A stretch of 64,000 nt of DNA from the human T2T-CHM13v2.0 reference genome, Homo sapiens: NCBI RefSeq assembly GCF_009914755.1, contig NC_060947.1. One strand, 5' to 3'. Both the position numbers and the translations under genes were made by a program. The notes under the pieces were generated by a model, which worked only from the letters and a program-made list of their open reading frames with translations, did not search any database and was not told the origin of the DNA. Below, piece by piece: positions 57,848-64,000 of the stretch; within the stretch, counting starts at the first letter, position 1, and each line of letters starts with the position of its first letter.

Positions 57848-57934
57848 CTGGAAAACAAAAGACGCACAGAGTTAAAAGCAAAAAAATGCAGCATGAAGGG
57901 CAGTCGGGCGGAACTGAAAGGTAAATCTGTGTAC
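57848..57934 (-). other. Predicted 87-nt GT-AG intron in the DCAF12L1 3'UTR
   Basis: Minus strand: donor CCAG|GTACAC 22 nt after the stop; branch-like TTTTAAC; pyrimidine tract and acceptor TCTTTTGTTTTCCAG|G. Confidence 0.7.
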
Positions 57935-57956
57935 CTGGAGTACAAGGCGGTCATCC

Positions 57957-59810
<1,854 letters not shown>

Positions 59811-60670
59811 CCCTCAGGACAACAGCTAACTACCCTTCTTAAAATCCCTACTTCAATAAAATCTGAAACCTACGATATAGTCAAGCACGGGGCTAGAAGG
59901 AGCCCAGGCCACGATCTGTCTGGAGAAACCAGTGTGCACTTGGTGTAATCCTGGGACACCCTTCGCTAAGATTAGACATTAAACTTGGCAAGGGATGGGG
60001 GATTCGGCAGCGCAGGGAGACCTTTACCCATATGTCAGACCTGCAACCCCTCAAGTTTCAGCCCCTCAGTTGATGTCTTAAACAGTTTCAAACAAATATT
60101 TTTTCCCTCCTCAAATTGAGGTCTCTGAGCTACTGCCACAGTCCCTTGAGGAGTACAATCCAAATGCAAATCCCTGGGACCCACATTTGGCCCATGGTGA
60201 TATCAGCGAACACTTGGTTTGGTGCAGCCTTGAGAAAATGGTAGGCTGTACTAATGGGGGAGGAATCCTGAGGGGCTTTTTGGAGGTGTTTGCTTCCTTT
60301 GAGCCTCAGAGCCCTAAGGAGAGGGAGTGGAAGGATCCTGAGAGGGGGACCTCTTCCCCACTCCTGAGAAGCAAAGTTAATATCCCTGTTGTCAGTCCCA
60401 GAGGCGCCCAAGCAGAGTCCCTGGGACCTTGGGACAGGGTCTAGAGGCAGAGGATTTTCACGTGCAGAGAACATAACGTTCCAGAAGAAGGCAACAACGT
60501 GGATACAATGATGCAAGTTTAGAGGTTCTGTGCATGAATAACTTCTCAGAGTTCATAAAGTTCTTATCCAGTTCTGCTGCTTCAGAGCAGCCAGTCAGGT
60601 GGCAGGCGCAAACGGGGCATACTCAGTTACCCAGTGATTTCAGTTACACAGTGATACATTGGGGAGAGAG

Positions 60671-60788
60671 GGCAGTGAGAACAAAGTCAGTGTGTGGACA
60701 GATCCACGAGGAAAGCCAAGCGGGAGGGGCTGAGGCAGTGGGAAGAGCAGGCGAGTGGGCAGGCCGGCCTGAGGGTGTGGGGTGCTGA
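60671..60788. repeat. Diverged direct copy of promoter segment 59560-59678
   Basis: Near-ungapped manual alignment, about 79% identity over ~118 bp. Confidence 0.85.
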
Positions 60789-61612
60789 CACCTGCGGTGA
60801 TTAATTTACTTCCTGATCAGGGAAAACCATAAGAGTTATTTTGTTGCTGCTTCTCCCCAACCCCCTCTTTATTTTTCTGGTTTTCTGTCCCCTTCCCCCA
60901 TCCCTTTTTGCAACTTCGCCTCAAGTGCACAAATTCCAAGTAAAAGCCATAGGTCCTTCTCACCACTCCAATCCAGCAGCTGCCTTCCAGTGTACCCCAA
61001 CACTCCCTTGCACCTCACTTTTGATTCCTCCCCATATCATTCATCCTATAGCAATAGAAAGGCTGCATCTGCTGGTGGTAATAGTGAACATGAAATCAGG
61101 GACAGGTACATAGAGGAAGCTGCATTTTGTTTCCACACGTGGACACAAATGGGATGAATGGACATTTTAGAAAGAGGCAACCATATGTGAAAAGGCACAG
61201 ATAGTGCAAAGGATTGTTTCGTGAATTTTAGTGTACATTAACATCTCAGGAGCAGCTTAATAGATGTGCATATCCTTTGATTCTATCCCTAAAGATTTGA
61301 TGCAAATGATCAGTGGACAATTATTTGAGAAACACTGGTCTACACTCCTCTCACTCAGGTGGGAACAGGATGTGTTGCAGGTAGGAGGAGATAAATATCT
61401 TCATGTACTTCAGGGTTACCCTGAAAATGGGCCTTATCCAGGTGAATATTGTGCAAGAATTGGGAATTAAAAAGATTATGATGATGTAGATGTCAGAGCA
61501 AAGAGTGGCCCAGGGAGGAAAATTGTACCTATTATGCATGTAGAACTTAACTATTCTTTACTATTGCCTTACACCTTTACTATATTGTTATATTAACAGG
61601 CATTGCTGCAAG

Positions 61613-62176
61613 TGAGGCAGGAGAATAGGGTCTGGAGGCAGGGAACCTAAGGCCCTTTCACGCTGACTTCCTGGAATTAAACTGAAAAGAAACCCTAACT
61701 TTCCACGCCTAAATAACAAAAGGACCAGAGGCTACTCCCTTTACATACCCCCACTTTTTCTGCGTCCTCAGATGGGAAATTAAAAGTACCTCTGATTGGT
61801 TGCTTTTTGCAACCAGTCAGATGTTTGCATAGGAGTGTATCGATGTAACTTCACTTCAGCCTCTGATTGGTTACTTTCTGCAACTAATCAGACTGATTGT
61901 GGGTCATCCCTTCATTTACATGAGGTGAGTGCCAAGTAGCCATTGGGAAACCTCCAGAGCATATTTGGACACGAGGAGATTCTGTATCCGGGGCCCTTGA
62001 GTCGCTGCTGGGGCCCGCTCCCACACTGTAGAATGTACTTTCATCTTCAATAAATCCCTGCTTTCGTTCTTTCATTGCTTCATTCTTTCCTTGCTTTGCT
62101 ATGTGTTTTGTCCAATTATTTGTTCAGAATGCCAAGAGCCTGGGCAAGTTGCAGTCAAGACCCTCTACTGGTAACA
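61613..62176 (+). mobile_element. MER51 (A/B-like) ERV1 solo LTR, 4-bp TSD CAAG
   Basis: TGAGGCAGGAGAATAGGGTCTGGAGGCAGGGAACCTAAGGCC...CAATAAA...ACTGGTAACA; CAAG at 61609-61612 and 62177-62180. Confidence 0.9.
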
Positions 62177-63044
62177 CAAGAACAAATATTGTCTCATTTA
62201 ATCCAACCTTATAATAGTGGTAACCACTAATATTATTAGCCCCATATGAGGACATTGAGGCTTGGAGAGGTTATGATTTTGTCCAAAGTAAATGAATTAT
62301 TAAGTCATCCCAAGTAGCTTGATTCCATATTCCATGTTCTTATTCACTTCCCAGAGACTGGAGAAATTCCAGGGATTGAGTAAAAGACTCTGCTAGTGAT
62401 TGATACGCCTCACTTCCTTGCAGCACAGATGATGGGATATGACTATGGAACATCTGTTGAAGTTGGGTACTAGGAGTAAAAACACTAAGCCAGCTGTCAG
62501 GGGTTTGGAGATTCATTTTGTGATTAGTGTCAAGTCCTGCTGAAAAGAACTGCTCCACAGGAGCAGGAAGGACCAGTGTAGGTCATCTTGATGTCATCTT
62601 GCAGCAGATGAACAGTAAGGGTATCCATAACAAACAAGAAGAACTAAGGACCACAATCAACTTATTTTTCCTGGGACCAAGTAAGCATCACAAGTCTAAT
62701 AGGATCCCATAGAAAAAGGAAGGAACTTTTGAAATTTTACTGATATTGGCCTTTCTACCAGCCAAGTGTGTGTAGCTTGAACTCAAATGCCATTCGACTT
62801 AGGAAAGTAAAGAAATGTGCTATATATTCCTCTTATTTTTCATGAAACACGATAATATCCATTACCCAAGGCTTACAAAAGGAGAGGGATTTCTATGCTC
62901 TGGGGGATGAGGTACCACAGATAGTAGAGTGGAAACCCCTTAGAAACTTAACACTGTCCCCAAGTCATAATGCAGTGCTCTTCTGTTTGTAGTGGTGGAG
63001 GGTGGATATTATAAATGTCTAAATCATGGAGATAGAAGAAAAGA

Positions 63045-64000
63045 GATTTCCAGTTCTGGCCAAGACAGAGTAAACCCATTCTTTCAAGGTCCTCCCTCTT
63101 CAAACTGAAAAAATTCTGGACATAGCACAACTTTAAGAAGTCTCTGAAAGTTGAAAGTAAGCTGGATGAACAAAGGACCACAGAATTTGAGGAAATTCGG
63201 GGTAGTGAGTTCCCTGGGTGTCTTTATTGTGTCCCTTATATATTGGCCAGAAAGTTGCAGGAGGCTCTAACCCAGAACCATGAATAGGCAAAGATAATAA
63301 AAGCTCCAACAATAGCCTGTTGTCCATAGGCAAAGGATCTGGAAAACAGAGGCCTAATTGCAGAAAAGCATTTTTTTTTTTTTGGCAATACCCATCCTAC
63401 TGCAGCTAAACATCAACAGAAAAACTACCCTACCTCACTCTACCACAGACTGTTTCAGTGTGTGGCCAAGTAGGGAGCTGGTCTTCCATTCTCTCCATGG
63501 CAGAAGTAGGTGTTATACTCCTTGCAGGGGTAGTGTCAGTGTGGTCCAGTAGTAAACTCAGCCTCCACTCACATCTGGTCAGCAAGGAGAAGGTTTGAGA
63601 AGTGGCTCATCACCACTATGCTTCACACCCCTCCTCTTCGCCAATTTCAGTAAGGCTCAGTGACAAGCTGAGCTTCCATTCACATTTAGTATCAATGAGT
63701 CTGAATAAAGCAGTGAGATTCAGAGCTAGTCAGTTCTCCACCATCCTTGACTCCTGGTGTCAGCGGTAACTGAACCTCTACACACACTCAGCAGGAAAAA
63801 GGACTGAATAAGGAGGTGGGAAGTAGGGCTAAGTCTTGCTCCGAAGAAATAATGAAATACATACACCTACAGATTCAAGAAACTAAGTGAACACATATAG
63901 TATAAGCCCAAATAAATCCACACCAAGACACAGTATAATTAAATCTCTGAAAAAAAATCATAAAATAAAACAGACAAATGGCACATTAACTACAGGGCAA
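63045..64000 (+). mobile_element. Old L1M 5' region and ORF1 fragment (continues past window end)
   Basis: TTCCAGTTCTGGCCAAGACAGAGTAA 5'-end-like motif; ORF1-like CCTACAGATTCAAGAAACT...AAATCCACACCAAGACAC. Confidence 0.6.

Overview
Primate, almost certainly human, genomic DNA. It is AT-rich, dense in transposable elements and carries one protein-coding gene. That gene is a minus-strand WD40/DCAF gene with an intronless CDS (59348->57957, 463 aa) inside a CpG island. I recognise the protein as DCAF12L1, an X-linked retrocopy of DCAF12. It has a probable 87-nt intron just after the stop codon and a poly(A) signal cluster near 56140-56153. Most of the rest is interspersed repeats. LTR elements: two THE1 MaLR proviruses in opposite orientation, a decayed MER21-type provirus with several nested insertions, MLT1/MST solo LTRs and a MER51 solo LTR upstream of the gene. 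Non-LTR elements: L1PA/L1PB/L1M fragments and Alus. DNA transposons: a near full-length Tigger1, Tigger2/3 derivatives, MER1B, and the piggyBac MITEs MER75 and MER85. Almost all short ORFs in the track are repeat remnants or chance. I found no clear new multi-gene system. The best leads are a diverged, CpG-decayed duplicate of the DCAF12L1 core promoter about 1.1 kb upstream, the NMD-safe 3'UTR intron, a MER85 whose internal palindrome has become a perfect 24-mer, a tail-less AluY fused to L1, and a local ~120-bp duplication. Repeat subfamily names come from memory of consensus sequences, and boundaries of old elements are approximate.
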